Of a DNA stretch of 35,477 nt, positions 17,507 through 26,847 are shown piece after piece. The notes below the pieces were generated by a model. It ran no database searches. It saw only the letters and a list, made by a program, of their open reading frames with translations, and had not been told where the DNA came from. Location of the stretch: positions 1-35,477 of IMG/VR virus record IMGVR_UViG_3300031867_000276. One strand, 5' to 3'. The first letter of the stretch is position 1, and each line of letters begins with the position of its first letter. This DNA is from a virus. Made by a program: the position numbers and the translations under genes.

Positions 17507-18037
17507 ATGAATTTACCAAAAGCAAAAAGAATCCAGTTGGCAAAACTGATGAAACTGGTTAAAGAGATTCCGACCGAAGAGGGCGCAATCCTGTTTGTCG
17601 AGGGCGATGTCACTGTAGATGCAGAAGTCTTTGTCAGTGACACTGACGGCAATATGATTCCTGCGCCTGATGGTACGTACACAGCCGAGGGGAAAATCAT
17701 TACGGTCACTGCCGGAAAGATTTCCGAGATTAAGGATGTGGAAACCGACCCGGTTGATAACAATGAAAACCCCGAAACGATGGAGGACGACAACCCCGAC
17801 CCCACCGACACCGACAATCCCGATGAACTGAAAGCACGCATTGCGGAGTTGGAGACGGAAATTGCAGAAAAGGACAATAAAATTGCCGAGTTAGAGGCTA
17901 AAATTGCCGAGTACGAGCAGAACGAGGAAACCCCTGCCGCAGATTCCATCGAGGACGAGGAAAAGAAAAACAAATTCAACAAAGAGGAAAAACCGAAAGG
18001 TTTAACCCAAAGGATTCTTGACAGCATCCTGAATTAA
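17507..18037 (+). CDS. Scaffolding-like protein
   Basis: Acidic 176-aa protein with the coiled-coil ELKARIAELETEIAEKDNKIAELEAKIAEYE, immediately upstream of the capsid gene. Confidence 0.55.
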   Translation: MNLPKAKRIQLAKLMKLVKEIPTEEGAILFVEGDVTVDAEVFVSDTDGNMIPAPDGTYTAEGKIITVTAGKISEIKDVETDPVDNNENPETMEDDNPDPTDTDNPDELKARIAELETEIAEKDNKIAELEAKIAEYEQNEETPAADSIEDEEKKNKFNKEEKPKGLTQRILDSILN

Positions 18038-18066
18038 CCCGAATTATTAACTAAAAACATAAAAAA

Positions 18067-19005
18067 ATGGCTTTTGATGTAACAGCATTAACCCAGTATG
18101 TTAATGAACACCGCAGCGAGTTGATGTCCGCCGCTGTTATTGCCTTTAAGTCGCAGCGACTTTTTCAGGTAATGCCCGAAGTAAAAGGACCGACCACACT
18201 TAACCTGCTTTCCGCACCTGTCACTTTTCAGAGTGGCGAAAGTTGCGGTTTCAATGCCAGTGGCAATGTAGCGTTCACGCAACGTGTACTAACTCCCGGC
18301 ATTGTCAAGGTAAACGAGGAGTTTTGCCCAAAGACACTCCGCAAGTACTATATGCAGAACGAAGTTATGATTGGCGCAGGTCGTGAGACGATGCCTTTCG
18401 AGGAGAAAATTATGTCGCTCATTATCGCCAACATTGGTGCCGAGATGGAGAAAGCATTTTGGCAGGGCGATAAGACCAATGGCAGCGGCAATATGGCTTT
18501 CTTCGATGGTCTGCATACCATCCTGAAAGCAGATGCCACCGCAGGCACTCCCGTAATCCCCTCTGCAAACCAGTACACCGCTGGCAGCAGCGACACCATC
18601 TACGACCGTATGAAAACTTTGGTCGAAGTGGTTCCCGACAACCTCGGCAACAAAATGGAGTTCTATATGAGTACATCCAATTTCCGCAAACTGGCAATGC
18701 TCATTATGAACGCCAACCTGTATCACTACGAGCGCAACGTGAACAGCGAGGATATGGAAATGATTTTCCCCGGCACCGACATAAAGGTAAAGGGCGTAAC
18801 TGGTTTGGCTGGCGTGAACGCCATTTGGGGTTTGAATCCCGAAGAGGTTGTTTACGGCTTCGACAAGCAGGACGATGTGGATAACTTCGACCTGTGGTTC
18901 AGCAAAGACAACGACACATTCCGCTTCAAATGTCAGTGGGCGGCAGGTGTGCAGTACGCATTCCCGAACAATGTCATTGCCGGTATTCCTTACGGTGGTC
19001 TTTAA
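18067..19005 (+). CDS. Major capsid protein
   Basis: 312 aa. Positioned after portal and scaffold and followed by a hairpin. Composition is typical of HK97-fold capsid proteins. Not verified by search. Confidence 0.65.
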   Translation: MAFDVTALTQYVNEHRSELMSAAVIAFKSQRLFQVMPEVKGPTTLNLLSAPVTFQSGESCGFNASGNVAFTQRVLTPGIVKVNEEFCPKTLRKYYMQNEVMIGAGRETMPFEEKIMSLIIANIGAEMEKAFWQGDKTNGSGNMAFFDGLHTILKADATAGTPVIPSANQYTAGSSDTIYDRMKTLVEVVPDNLGNKMEFYMSTSNFRKLAMLIMNANLYHYERNVNSEDMEMIFPGTDIKVKGVTGLAGVNAIWGLNPEEVVYGFDKQDDVDNFDLWFSKDNDTFRFKCQWAAGVQYAFPNNVIAGIPYGGL

Positions 19006-19031
19006 TCAATAGGACTGCTTGACAAATCAAC

Positions 19032-19053
19032 GAGGGGGCGGCAACGTCCCCTC
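19032..19053 (+). terminator. Hairpin after the capsid gene (putative terminator/attenuator)
   Basis: gagggggc / gtcccctc forms an 8-bp stem (one G-U pair) with a 6-nt loop. The following U tract (tatt) is weak. Confidence 0.45.
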
Positions 19054-19083
19054 TATTAAAACAACAATTAAAACTTTAACAAT

Positions 19084-19617
19084 ATGTCTTGTACGCAAAC
19101 CCTTTCAGATATAAACGTGAACTGTGGCAGCAACAGGGGCGGAATCCGTGAGGTAATGGCACAAAACCGCTCGGCTATCACAGGCATTACGCTGACTGAT
19201 GGCGTAGTAACTGCGTTCACAATGGCGACAGGTGCGCCACAGGCTGCGAAGTTTATGTTTAAACCGCAGTCGTCAGTTTTAAATAGCACGTGGAATATAG
19301 ACGAGGCGGCAGGTTCAAAGGGTGTGTCGAGCGAACTACAGATGCGCTTTTCCAAAATGGAAACAGCAAAGCGTACATCCATTGTGGCAATGGCGAATGC
19401 AGAAATGTACGTCGTTGTTAAGGATGTGAACGGCAAATACTGGTTGCTCGGCTACGACGACCCTGTGACACTGACCGCTGGCGGTGGAACATCTGGAACG
19501 ACTTTCACTGATACCAACGAGTACACTGTTACGCTTGGCGACCAGTCAGAAGCGCTTCCTTACGAGGTTTCCGCATCCGCTGTCGAAACGTTTTTCAACG
19601 AAACCGTAACACCGTAA
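19084..19617 (+). CDS. Putative major tail/tube-like protein
   Basis: 177 aa, directly after the capsid gene, with a beta-rich pattern (VVVKDVNGKYWLLGYDDPVTLTAGGGTSG). Call by position and pattern. Confidence 0.45.
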   Translation: MSCTQTLSDINVNCGSNRGGIREVMAQNRSAITGITLTDGVVTAFTMATGAPQAAKFMFKPQSSVLNSTWNIDEAAGSKGVSSELQMRFSKMETAKRTSIVAMANAEMYVVVKDVNGKYWLLGYDDPVTLTAGGGTSGTTFTDTNEYTVTLGDQSEALPYEVSASAVETFFNETVTP

Positions 19618-19663
19618 ACTCCTTGTTTGATTTGCCCTTTGTGCGGTAGATTGGTTAAACGAA

Positions 19664-19691
19664 AGCGTCTTCCAAAAGAGGACGCTTTTTT
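19664..19691 (+). terminator. Rho-independent terminator
   Basis: agcgtcttc / gaggacgct forms a 9-bp stem with a 5-nt loop, followed by TTTTTT. Confidence 0.8.
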
Positions 19692-19707
19692 CATTTTTTG
19701 CCCGATA

Positions 19708-19716
19708 CGATAATTT
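19708..19716 (+). promoter_or_regulatory. CGATAATTT motif copy
   Basis: Exact 9-mer, 17 nt after the terminator and 20 nt upstream of ATG 19736. Confidence 0.55.
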
Positions 19717-19735
19717 GATATAAACTATATCCGAT

Positions 19736-21013
19736 ATGCTTTCGACTATCAGACCGATAATAATACCCCTTTCGGGGCTTGAGGATGCCGCAGGAACGTA
19801 TTTGATGTACGAGGTACGTATGTTGTACAACGACAACTCTACAGGCGGCACAGCGGCAAAAACAATCTATCACGGCAAATCCTTTGTGGATGCCTACGGC
19901 AACACTGACATACAAATTGAAAAAGTGTTGCGTGATTATCTTTTCAGGTGGCGTTGTAAGTTTCATCCTGATTCGCAGCAATACCGCCCGGAGTGTTTGA
20001 TAGGTTCTTTGTCGCAACAGTTGTATGCCATCGAAGCAGCCAACGACCTGTTTTGGAATACAACAATCGAGATTGCATATATATACAACGCCACCGAGCA
20101 GGTTGAAACGATAGATGTGAGTGGTGCGTGGTGTCCGCCATTCCAGTCAATGGGTGCGATATGCAGTTCTTTAGAGGATGTTGCGATTACTGACTACGTG
20201 CAGAATTATGCTGTACTATCCACGCCAGTACCGCCACACATTCCACCGATAGCAACCTCAAAATTCTGGCTCGGACTTGTATTGAATATCAATAAAGGTG
20301 CAGAAGCGAATGTCGGCAGTATTGCCATAGGTGCAACCAGTGTCGATAATATTGCCATCAACTACAGGCACGGTGGCACATACGCATTTGCTGTCACGCT
20401 TGCACAGTTATTCGCTGACCTGTCAAGCAATGATATTGATGGCGGTACAGCGACAACGACAGACTACTATGATGATATTGATGGCGGCAACTCCGCATCG
20501 ACTTACAGCGGTTCTTATGATGGTGGAACGTCCGAGGATTCAGGATATACGAGCGACAGCGTGTTTGCAGGGTTGGGATTGTCGCTATTTTGGTATGTTG
20601 CAGGGAATCTTTACAGGCAAATTGCTGCGGTTGTGGATAACTGCGCAAAACCATTCTACGTGTCGTGGATAACCCCGACAGGTGGTTGGACTGCATACGG
20701 TTTCAGTGGCAATGTAACAAAGGGCATTACTGACGAGCAGACATCCATTGTCAATATTCTTGGCGATACTGATGTGTTGGCGAACAAAGAACAAAACACA
20801 TTCAATCTATATTCAGGACGTGTGAACAAAGAAACCTACGCCCATTTAATGACGATGTTGCAATCACGAATCCTGTATGTGTATGACACTGCCCGTGATA
20901 TGGGTTGGTACTGCACCGCAGCAACCAACAATGCGACAACCATTCCGAGCGTGACAGGTAAGTCGCAGACATTTCAAATACAACTTAAATCAATCAATGC
21001 CAACGAGCAATGA
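19736..21013 (+). CDS. Tail/baseplate-module structural protein (unknown function)
   Basis: 425-aa ORF, coupled to the downstream 958-aa gene. Confidence 0.6.
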   Translation: MLSTIRPIIIPLSGLEDAAGTYLMYEVRMLYNDNSTGGTAAKTIYHGKSFVDAYGNTDIQIEKVLRDYLFRWRCKFHPDSQQYRPECLIGSLSQQLYAIEAANDLFWNTTIEIAYIYNATEQVETIDVSGAWCPPFQSMGAICSSLEDVAITDYVQNYAVLSTPVPPHIPPIATSKFWLGLVLNINKGAEANVGSIAIGATSVDNIAINYRHGGTYAFAVTLAQLFADLSSNDIDGGTATTTDYYDDIDGGNSASTYSGSYDGGTSEDSGYTSDSVFAGLGLSLFWYVAGNLYRQIAAVVDNCAKPFYVSWITPTGGWTAYGFSGNVTKGITDEQTSIVNILGDTDVLANKEQNTFNLYSGRVNKETYAHLMTMLQSRILYVYDTARDMGWYCTAATNNATTIPSVTGKSQTFQIQLKSINANEQ

Positions 21014-23886
21014 AACTCTATCTGAAATTTGACAGCGGCTTTCGGTTGATGAAAATGGATGCCGGGAGCGATATTGCACTCAATTTCTCGCACGACAATC
21101 TTGACAATCCAACAAACTATGTCAGCGAGTATTCATACAGTCTGAAAGTGCCGTGTTGCGAGGAAAACAACAAACTTTTCACGAACTTTCTGCATTTGGA
21201 TTCGCTGATTGTGGCAGGTGGTTACACGCCTACGAAAAGTATGCAGTATGTTGTTACCGACAATGCAGGTTCTTTGATTTCCACAGGTACGGCATACGTA
21301 AAAAGTATTTCCAACGGTTATTACAATCTGTCGCTGACAGGTTCTTTGTCGAGGATATTCAACAGGCTCTTAAATTCAGGATGGAACGCTCGAAACAATG
21401 ACCTCGAATACACCGAACTTACAGACTGGTTGCAGATGTATAAAAGCGGCAGCGGCGAGTTTTCATCCGGTATTAACGCCATCGACAAAGATATTGTTTA
21501 CGCTTCGTGGATGATTCCAAAACCTGTATTCGACTGGGAAACCCTACAGACAACGAGATTGCTTTTGAAGTATGGTTTGGCACGTGGCAGGGTAACCGAG
21601 ACGCAATGTTGGATTGCAAGTATTATCGGTTTCGCACCTACGGCACAGGGTCGTTTGCCCGGATTCAGCAACGAAAAATGGGTTGAACTTGGAGAGATAT
21701 ATGACGAGGGTTCCGAACAGTACATTACTGCAGGCGGATTCTCCGTGCTGCCTGTTCTTTGCTCAAAAAGAAATTCTGACGATGAGCCGATACGCACTTA
21801 TGATGTTGGAGAGGGTGTTGTGGAGTGTCAAATCGGAGAATACCGCAGTTATTACCAACAGCCATTTATCTACGTATTCCGTTTGTGGCAGATGTATCAG
21901 GCGGAGTTTGCAAGGATTACAGGCGGCTATACCCTGAATTTGGACGACAGGTGGTTTAACGACAGCAATCCACAATTGGCAGGGTTGGTGTATATGCTGC
22001 CGAGGATGTGGGACGAGGGAAATACAGAAATACTCGGTGTGCAGGAACTTGGCAACGGAACAGCAACAAAGACACTGCCGACCGCAGCGACACAAACAAG
22101 CAGTTCGACATTTCTCGTAAATGGTCTGACTGCGGAAGCAGCCATTACACCATATCCGCAAGTCAGAAACAAGCGAGGTTGCAAAATCAGTTACGATTTC
22201 AATGTACATCTGACAGTACAACCAAACCAGTCTATACCGGGAAATGCGACACTGTACGGATCGCCATACAATTTTCTGCTGCTGAATGTGTCTGTAAGGG
22301 ACGATTACAATCTGTATAACGGCTATCCTGCGACCATTGCAAACCACCGCTACGCAGTTATATTCCTGCCGACAGATGAGAGTATTACGATGGAAACAAT
22401 AATGTCGGATGCACTGGCAAAAAGTTTCATACTGGCGGCAATGCAACAGGGGTATAAACTCGCTCAAGCGTCATACGAACCCGGCAGTACGCAATGGGAA
22501 TTTGATTTTACTGACACGCTGTCTGCAATCAACCATCGTTCATCTTTTCAGGCGGACACATACGAAAGCCAAACGAGGATTGATGCGAATATAAGGTATC
22601 AGGACAATAATACACCATTCCTGTATGTGCAGAACGGAGCAACGACATACACATATAACAGTGGCGGCATTGTGACAGTGGAATTGTCGAACATCAAAGC
22701 ACGAAGCACCTATGCAACCCGAACAGGCAAAGCACTGACACTCGGCAACCTTTTCAGGGATGAAAAGCCGTTTGGTGTACTGCTCAAATACTCAAAACTG
22801 ATGCACTTGGTTTGGGATGTGGACGACAACGCAAAGACTGTCACTGTTAAAAAGTCTGCTGATTACTTTGCAGACATTGTGAACGGCGGTGCAGGGGTTA
22901 CGGATATTAGTAAACTCGTTGATATTTCAAAGGGTGTTGAGGTTAATCCGATATCGTGGACTGATAACAAAGTGCAGTTAAATTATGCCGATAGTGATAT
23001 GGATTACATCAAAGAGTATTCCAAACGCTACGGTCTTACATACGGCTCAAAATCCATTATTACAGCCAACGAAATAAAACCATCCACAAAACAACTGCTC
23101 GGACACAATGACAACGACACAATAAATCCTGTTGCGTTACTGTCTGAAAGTGTTATCCCGATTGGTCAATTGCTGTCTGTATCGTCTGCCGAAGTGGGGT
23201 ATGTTGAGAATGATGCGATGATGTTGAACCAGTCAGGCGAAGAAAGCGACAATCATTATGGCTGTTTCCTATTCAGGACAAACAACGGTGTTTGGAATAC
23301 TCGTATTTGTGGCGGTTGGCGTAATGATGGTGCCGACTTTGTCTATATTACTGACGACCTCGATTTTGAATACGATGTCGATGAATGGGCGTGGCACGGT
23401 CCGGGTGCGCTGACATCATACCACGAAGCAAGTTGGATAAAATGTTATGTCAGACCACAGTTCGATACAACCTCTTTGGATGGCTCTGTGTCGATTCATT
23501 TTGCTGCCGTGAGGGAATTGTACAGCGACCAGCACAACGAGCCTGTGTCGTATCTATACGAAGCAGTATGGAAAGACTACATCGAAGAAGTGTACAACGT
23601 ACAGAACAAGACCGTACAACTGTATGCGCATATCAACAAATCAACACTCGACCTGCTACGTGCAAACCCTCTCGTCAAGATTGGAAACTGTCTGTATCTG
23701 CTTACTACAATCGAGGGATGGGGCGAACATTCCCCGTTGTCAAAACTGACATTGCGACAGATTTTTGACCTCGACAAACTGACTGGCGGTGCGAGATTAG
23801 AACCTCGTGACGCTTGGTTTATACTGACCGAGGACAACGAAGAAATCATTTGCGAGGATGGCGATAATTTACTACAGGAACATTAA
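21010..23886 (+). CDS. Large tail structural protein (958 aa)
   Basis: Longest ORF in the window. Position and size are consistent with a distal tail, tubular or spike protein. Confidence 0.6.
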   Translation: MKLYLKFDSGFRLMKMDAGSDIALNFSHDNLDNPTNYVSEYSYSLKVPCCEENNKLFTNFLHLDSLIVAGGYTPTKSMQYVVTDNAGSLISTGTAYVKSISNGYYNLSLTGSLSRIFNRLLNSGWNARNNDLEYTELTDWLQMYKSGSGEFSSGINAIDKDIVYASWMIPKPVFDWETLQTTRLLLKYGLARGRVTETQCWIASIIGFAPTAQGRLPGFSNEKWVELGEIYDEGSEQYITAGGFSVLPVLCSKRNSDDEPIRTYDVGEGVVECQIGEYRSYYQQPFIYVFRLWQMYQAEFARITGGYTLNLDDRWFNDSNPQLAGLVYMLPRMWDEGNTEILGVQELGNGTATKTLPTAATQTSSSTFLVNGLTAEAAITPYPQVRNKRGCKISYDFNVHLTVQPNQSIPGNATLYGSPYNFLLLNVSVRDDYNLYNGYPATIANHRYAVIFLPTDESITMETIMSDALAKSFILAAMQQGYKLAQASYEPGSTQWEFDFTDTLSAINHRSSFQADTYESQTRIDANIRYQDNNTPFLYVQNGATTYTYNSGGIVTVELSNIKARSTYATRTGKALTLGNLFRDEKPFGVLLKYSKLMHLVWDVDDNAKTVTVKKSADYFADIVNGGAGVTDISKLVDISKGVEVNPISWTDNKVQLNYADSDMDYIKEYSKRYGLTYGSKSIITANEIKPSTKQLLGHNDNDTINPVALLSESVIPIGQLLSVSSAEVGYVENDAMMLNQSGEESDNHYGCFLFRTNNGVWNTRICGGWRNDGADFVYITDDLDFEYDVDEWAWHGPGALTSYHEASWIKCYVRPQFDTTSLDGSVSIHFAAVRELYSDQHNEPVSYLYEAVWKDYIEEVYNVQNKTVQLYAHINKSTLDLLRANPLVKIGNCLYLLTTIEGWGEHSPLSKLTLRQIFDLDKLTGGARLEPRDAWFILTEDNEEIICEDGDNLLQEH
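23872..23880 (+). promoter_or_regulatory. CGATAATTT motif copy upstream of the lysis cassette
   Basis: Exact 9-mer, 19 nt upstream of ATG 23899. It lies in the last codons of the 958-aa gene. Confidence 0.45.
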
Positions 23887-23898
23887 AATACAATCATT

Positions 23899-24123
23899 AT
23901 GGGATGGATTAAAGAATCAAACCGTTGGAAACATCTTTTGGGCGGAATCGTACTTGGTACATTCCTGACATTCTTTTGCGCTCTCGGCTGCGGTGGGGGT
24001 ATGGAGTTTAAAGATAAGCAATGGGGCGGCAAATGGGATTGGCTCGACTTTCTCGCTACCTGTTTGGGCGGCATTATCGGGCAGGATATTCAGTTATTAA
24101 TCATTTATATTATTGTCAAATGA
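23899..24123 (+). CDS. Holin-like small membrane protein
   Basis: 74 aa with two hydrophobic segments. ATGA-coupled to the endolysin gene. Confidence 0.5.
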   Translation: MGWIKESNRWKHLLGGIVLGTFLTFFCALGCGGGMEFKDKQWGGKWDWLDFLATCLGGIIGQDIQLLIIYIIVK

Positions 24124-24554
24124 CACAAAAAGGAATCAATCTAATAAAGCAATTCGAGGGTTTGTGCCTGAAAGCGTACAAATGCCCGGCAGGTGTATGG
24201 ACTATCGGTTACGGACATACACAGGGAGTTAAAGAGGGCGACACAATAACCGAGAGGGAAGCGGAAAACCTGTTGCGAAAGGATGTCTGCAACTTTGAGT
24301 GCAATGTGCGTTGCTCCGTCATTGCCAATCTTAACGACTACCAGTATGATGCGCTGACCTCGTTGGCGTACAATATTGGTTTGGGTGCGTTCCGCAAATC
24401 TACATTGCTACGCATTATCAACAATGGCAATGCCACCGAAGAAGAAATCCGCAAGCAGTTCGACAGATGGGTTTATGGTGGCGGCAAGCAACTGCCCGGA
24501 TTGGTACGCAGACGACACGCAGAAGCAGACCTTTATTTCACTCCATATTGTTGA
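24120..24554 (+). CDS. Endolysin, GH24 (T4/lambda-type) lysozyme
   Basis: MTQKGINLIKQFEGLCLKAYKCPAGVWTIGYGHT, the classic FEG...AY...G..TIGYGH motif. The ORF track start 24021 is trimmed to ATG 24120. Confidence 0.85.
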   Translation: MTQKGINLIKQFEGLCLKAYKCPAGVWTIGYGHTQGVKEGDTITEREAENLLRKDVCNFECNVRCSVIANLNDYQYDALTSLAYNIGLGAFRKSTLLRIINNGNATEEEIRKQFDRWVYGGGKQLPGLVRRRHAEADLYFTPYC

Positions 24555-24558
24555 TGTG

Positions 24559-24990
24559 ATGAAGCATTATTTTCACTTTTGCTGTTTTCTTACAATAGCA
24601 GCATCCTTTATTTTACTTTCAGGATGCAGTCGTAAGATTGTGTCAGAGGTTGTGACCATACACGACACGGTGTACCAGTCTGCAACCAATGTCGAAAAGC
24701 AGTACCAACACGACAGTATCTATATTGACCGTTGGCACACGGAATGGTTACAGGGCGACACAGTACACCATCGGGATAGTATCTATTTTCACGTTGAAAA
24801 AACGGTACACGACACGGTGCAAAAGACTGACACGGTATATAGAGCCACAACCAACAATCAAACGACCAATACGACCGAACAGGCAAAGCAAAAGAAACAA
24901 CCCGTGGGGTGGATTTTCTTTGCCGGAATACTGACCGCTTCATTGTGTTTTTTGGGTGTCAAATTCCTACTGTCAAAATGGCAAAAATAG
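24559..24990 (+). CDS. Unimolecular-spanin-like lipoprotein
   Basis: The start MKHYFHFCCFLTIAASFILLSGC carries a lipobox (LSGC), and there is a C-terminal TM segment (WIFFAGILTASLCFLGVKFLL). Located after the endolysin gene. Confidence 0.5.
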   Translation: MKHYFHFCCFLTIAASFILLSGCSRKIVSEVVTIHDTVYQSATNVEKQYQHDSIYIDRWHTEWLQGDTVHHRDSIYFHVEKTVHDTVQKTDTVYRATTNNQTTNTTEQAKQKKQPVGWIFFAGILTASLCFLGVKFLLSKWQK

Positions 24991-25199
24991 GCGGTTTCGG
25001 TCACAAATCGGTCACATATTTCGCAATCGTCTGAATTACAATTCTAATTGTACCCCCTGGGGGAGTGTTTCGATTGTCACTTTTTGAGTACTTTTCGGCA
25101 CAAAACAAATCATTTCAGAGTGTTGTGCGCTGATGAACGGCTTATGGTTAGTTGTAGGCGATGCAAATTCTGTCATATTGATACAAATATTCGGTCACA
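24991..25199. other. Candidate attP region
   Basis: Only sizeable non-coding gap next to int. It has three TCGGTCACA direct repeats (24997, 25008, 25191), the inverted repeat tacaatt-ct-aattgta (25037-25052) and ccccc-t-ggggg (25053-25063). Confidence 0.4.
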
Positions 25200-26439
25200 T
25201 TTCGGACACACTGTCTGCAAAGGTGTCGAACATTGACATTTTCTTTTTCTTTACATCGTCAGCAATGGCGATGTATGGTTTTAGTGTCTTATGGTCTTTG
25301 TGACCAGTCCAACGCATAACGACCTCTGACGCTATATCCAGTGAAAGAGCCGTCACAACGAATGTCTTGCGTCCGCAATGGGATGTAAAAACCTGCCATT
25401 TCGGTACTGATTCCTCGTGGCGTTCAGAACGCACCCACCAAACACGGCGTACAGGCTCGTCAATCTTTGCCATCCTGCCGAGTTCTTTCAGATAGATGTT
25501 TGTTTTCTGATTGCTGACAACAGGCAATGCCGGGCAATCTGCATCATTGCCGCAGTTGTACTTTTCAAGTATGGCTGCGGTTACTTTGTTTAATTCAATG
25601 TTGATGGCGGCAGATGTCTTTTTCGTAACCACACGAAAATGTTCTTTGTGGATGTCCGACCGCCGCAGTTTGGCAACGTCAGAATACCGCAGACCGCTAA
25701 AGCAGCAAAACAGGAATATGTCACGCACCCTGTCAAGGTGTGGCAATGCCGACAAATCCAGTTCCATAATGCGATGCAGTTCGTCACGGGTAAGATAGAC
25801 AACCTCGTTTTCTGATTCAGACCGATAGCGAGTATAGAATCCTGTTGCGTCAGTCTGCTCGCACAACCCTCGTTCAATGGCTGTCCGCAAAGTCCATCGC
25901 AGTTGTTTCAGAAACTTTTGTACTGTGGCGTTGATAAGTCCACGTTCAAAGCAGAAATCCATAAATGCCTGTATATCGGCTTTCGTAAAGTCTGCGAGTG
26001 TCTGATATGGTCGCCAGTCTGATATGCGGTTACGCAGTGTAATATAATTGCGACGTGTGTTGTAACTCCAACCATCCCCGAGGGTGCTATCTTTCAAAAA
26101 CAAGTCCATTACGCCCACGAGCAGCAAAGATTCTTTTGCCTGTTCTTTGGTGTGGATGTCTCCGAGTGCAGATTTGACCTCGGCAGGGGTAACGATGCGA
26201 TGTTCAAGATGTGCAGCATCAAAGAGCCTGTCGATTGCTGCGGTCTTTTCCTGTATTTCTTTCATCGCCCTGCGATGGGTGCGGAGTGGCAACCCAGTAC
26301 GAGAATCCCACTCGCTATCTTTTGCCGAGGTGTCGAGATAGTGAGTGACACATTGACCGTTCCACGATACACGCATCCTGATTGCCTTTGTACCGTCCGT
26401 GTGTGGTCTGTTGAGGGTGTAACGGACGCTGTATTTCAT
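25195..26439 (-). CDS. int: Tyrosine recombinase / phage integrase
   Basis: 414 aa with LRYSDVAKLR, HCGRKTF and WTGHKDHKTLKPY (R..H.R..H..Y catalytic pattern) and an N-terminal SAM-like domain. Confidence 0.9.
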   Translation of the reverse strand: MKYSVRYTLNRPHTDGTKAIRMRVSWNGQCVTHYLDTSAKDSEWDSRTGLPLRTHRRAMKEIQEKTAAIDRLFDAAHLEHRIVTPAEVKSALGDIHTKEQAKESLLLVGVMDLFLKDSTLGDGWSYNTRRNYITLRNRISDWRPYQTLADFTKADIQAFMDFCFERGLINATVQKFLKQLRWTLRTAIERGLCEQTDATGFYTRYRSESENEVVYLTRDELHRIMELDLSALPHLDRVRDIFLFCCFSGLRYSDVAKLRRSDIHKEHFRVVTKKTSAAINIELNKVTAAILEKYNCGNDADCPALPVVSNQKTNIYLKELGRMAKIDEPVRRVWWVRSERHEESVPKWQVFTSHCGRKTFVVTALSLDIASEVVMRWTGHKDHKTLKPYIAIADDVKKKKMSMFDTFADSVSEM

Positions 26440-26831
26440 AGTCGGATAGTAACTCCATTTTGCTCTATGCGGACACGTTCAAGCAGTTTTCCTGCTTTGT
26501 GCATCGACCTGTTTTGAACAATCCACAGGATAACGGTTGCAATGCCTGTTGCACCCATTATAAGACCGCCTGCGAGTTGTGTGCTTTCTCCATTCTCACA
26601 GAGTAACAATCCGCCAGTTGTGCCGACTACCGCAACAGGTATCATTACGAGTTGCAGGTTTGCCGACCTCTGAATATAGAATGATGCTCGTTGATGGTCA
26701 CGCCAAATGGAATCCAAACGTTGCTGTTCGGCTTGCGACAGTTGCGGTGGTATTCCATAACTAACAGGTGCTTGCGCCATTGACACGGACGCAGTGAGAG
26801 CCATTAATAATAATATAAGAATACGTTTCAT
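26436..26831 (-). CDS. Secreted/membrane protein expressed with the lysogeny block (possible exclusion or moron function)
   Basis: Signal peptide MKRILILLLMALTASVSMAQA plus two hydrophobic segments. ATGA overlap with int. Confidence 0.6.
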   Translation of the reverse strand: MKRILILLLMALTASVSMAQAPVSYGIPPQLSQAEQQRLDSIWRDHQRASFYIQRSANLQLVMIPVAVVGTTGGLLLCENGESTQLAGGLIMGATGIATVILWIVQNRSMHKAGKLLERVRIEQNGVTIRL

Positions 26832-26847
26832 TATGGATATAATCTAA

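Noticed and set aside
21763-22467. 234-aa - strand ORF inside the 958-aa tail gene. Similar cases are 11606..12292, 17488..18027, 315..884, 7317..7847, 10742..11269 and 29770..30321.
   Set aside because: All are fully embedded antisense in longer + strand genes that have recognisable features. Their composition is low-complexity or Cys-rich, typical of shadow ORFs.
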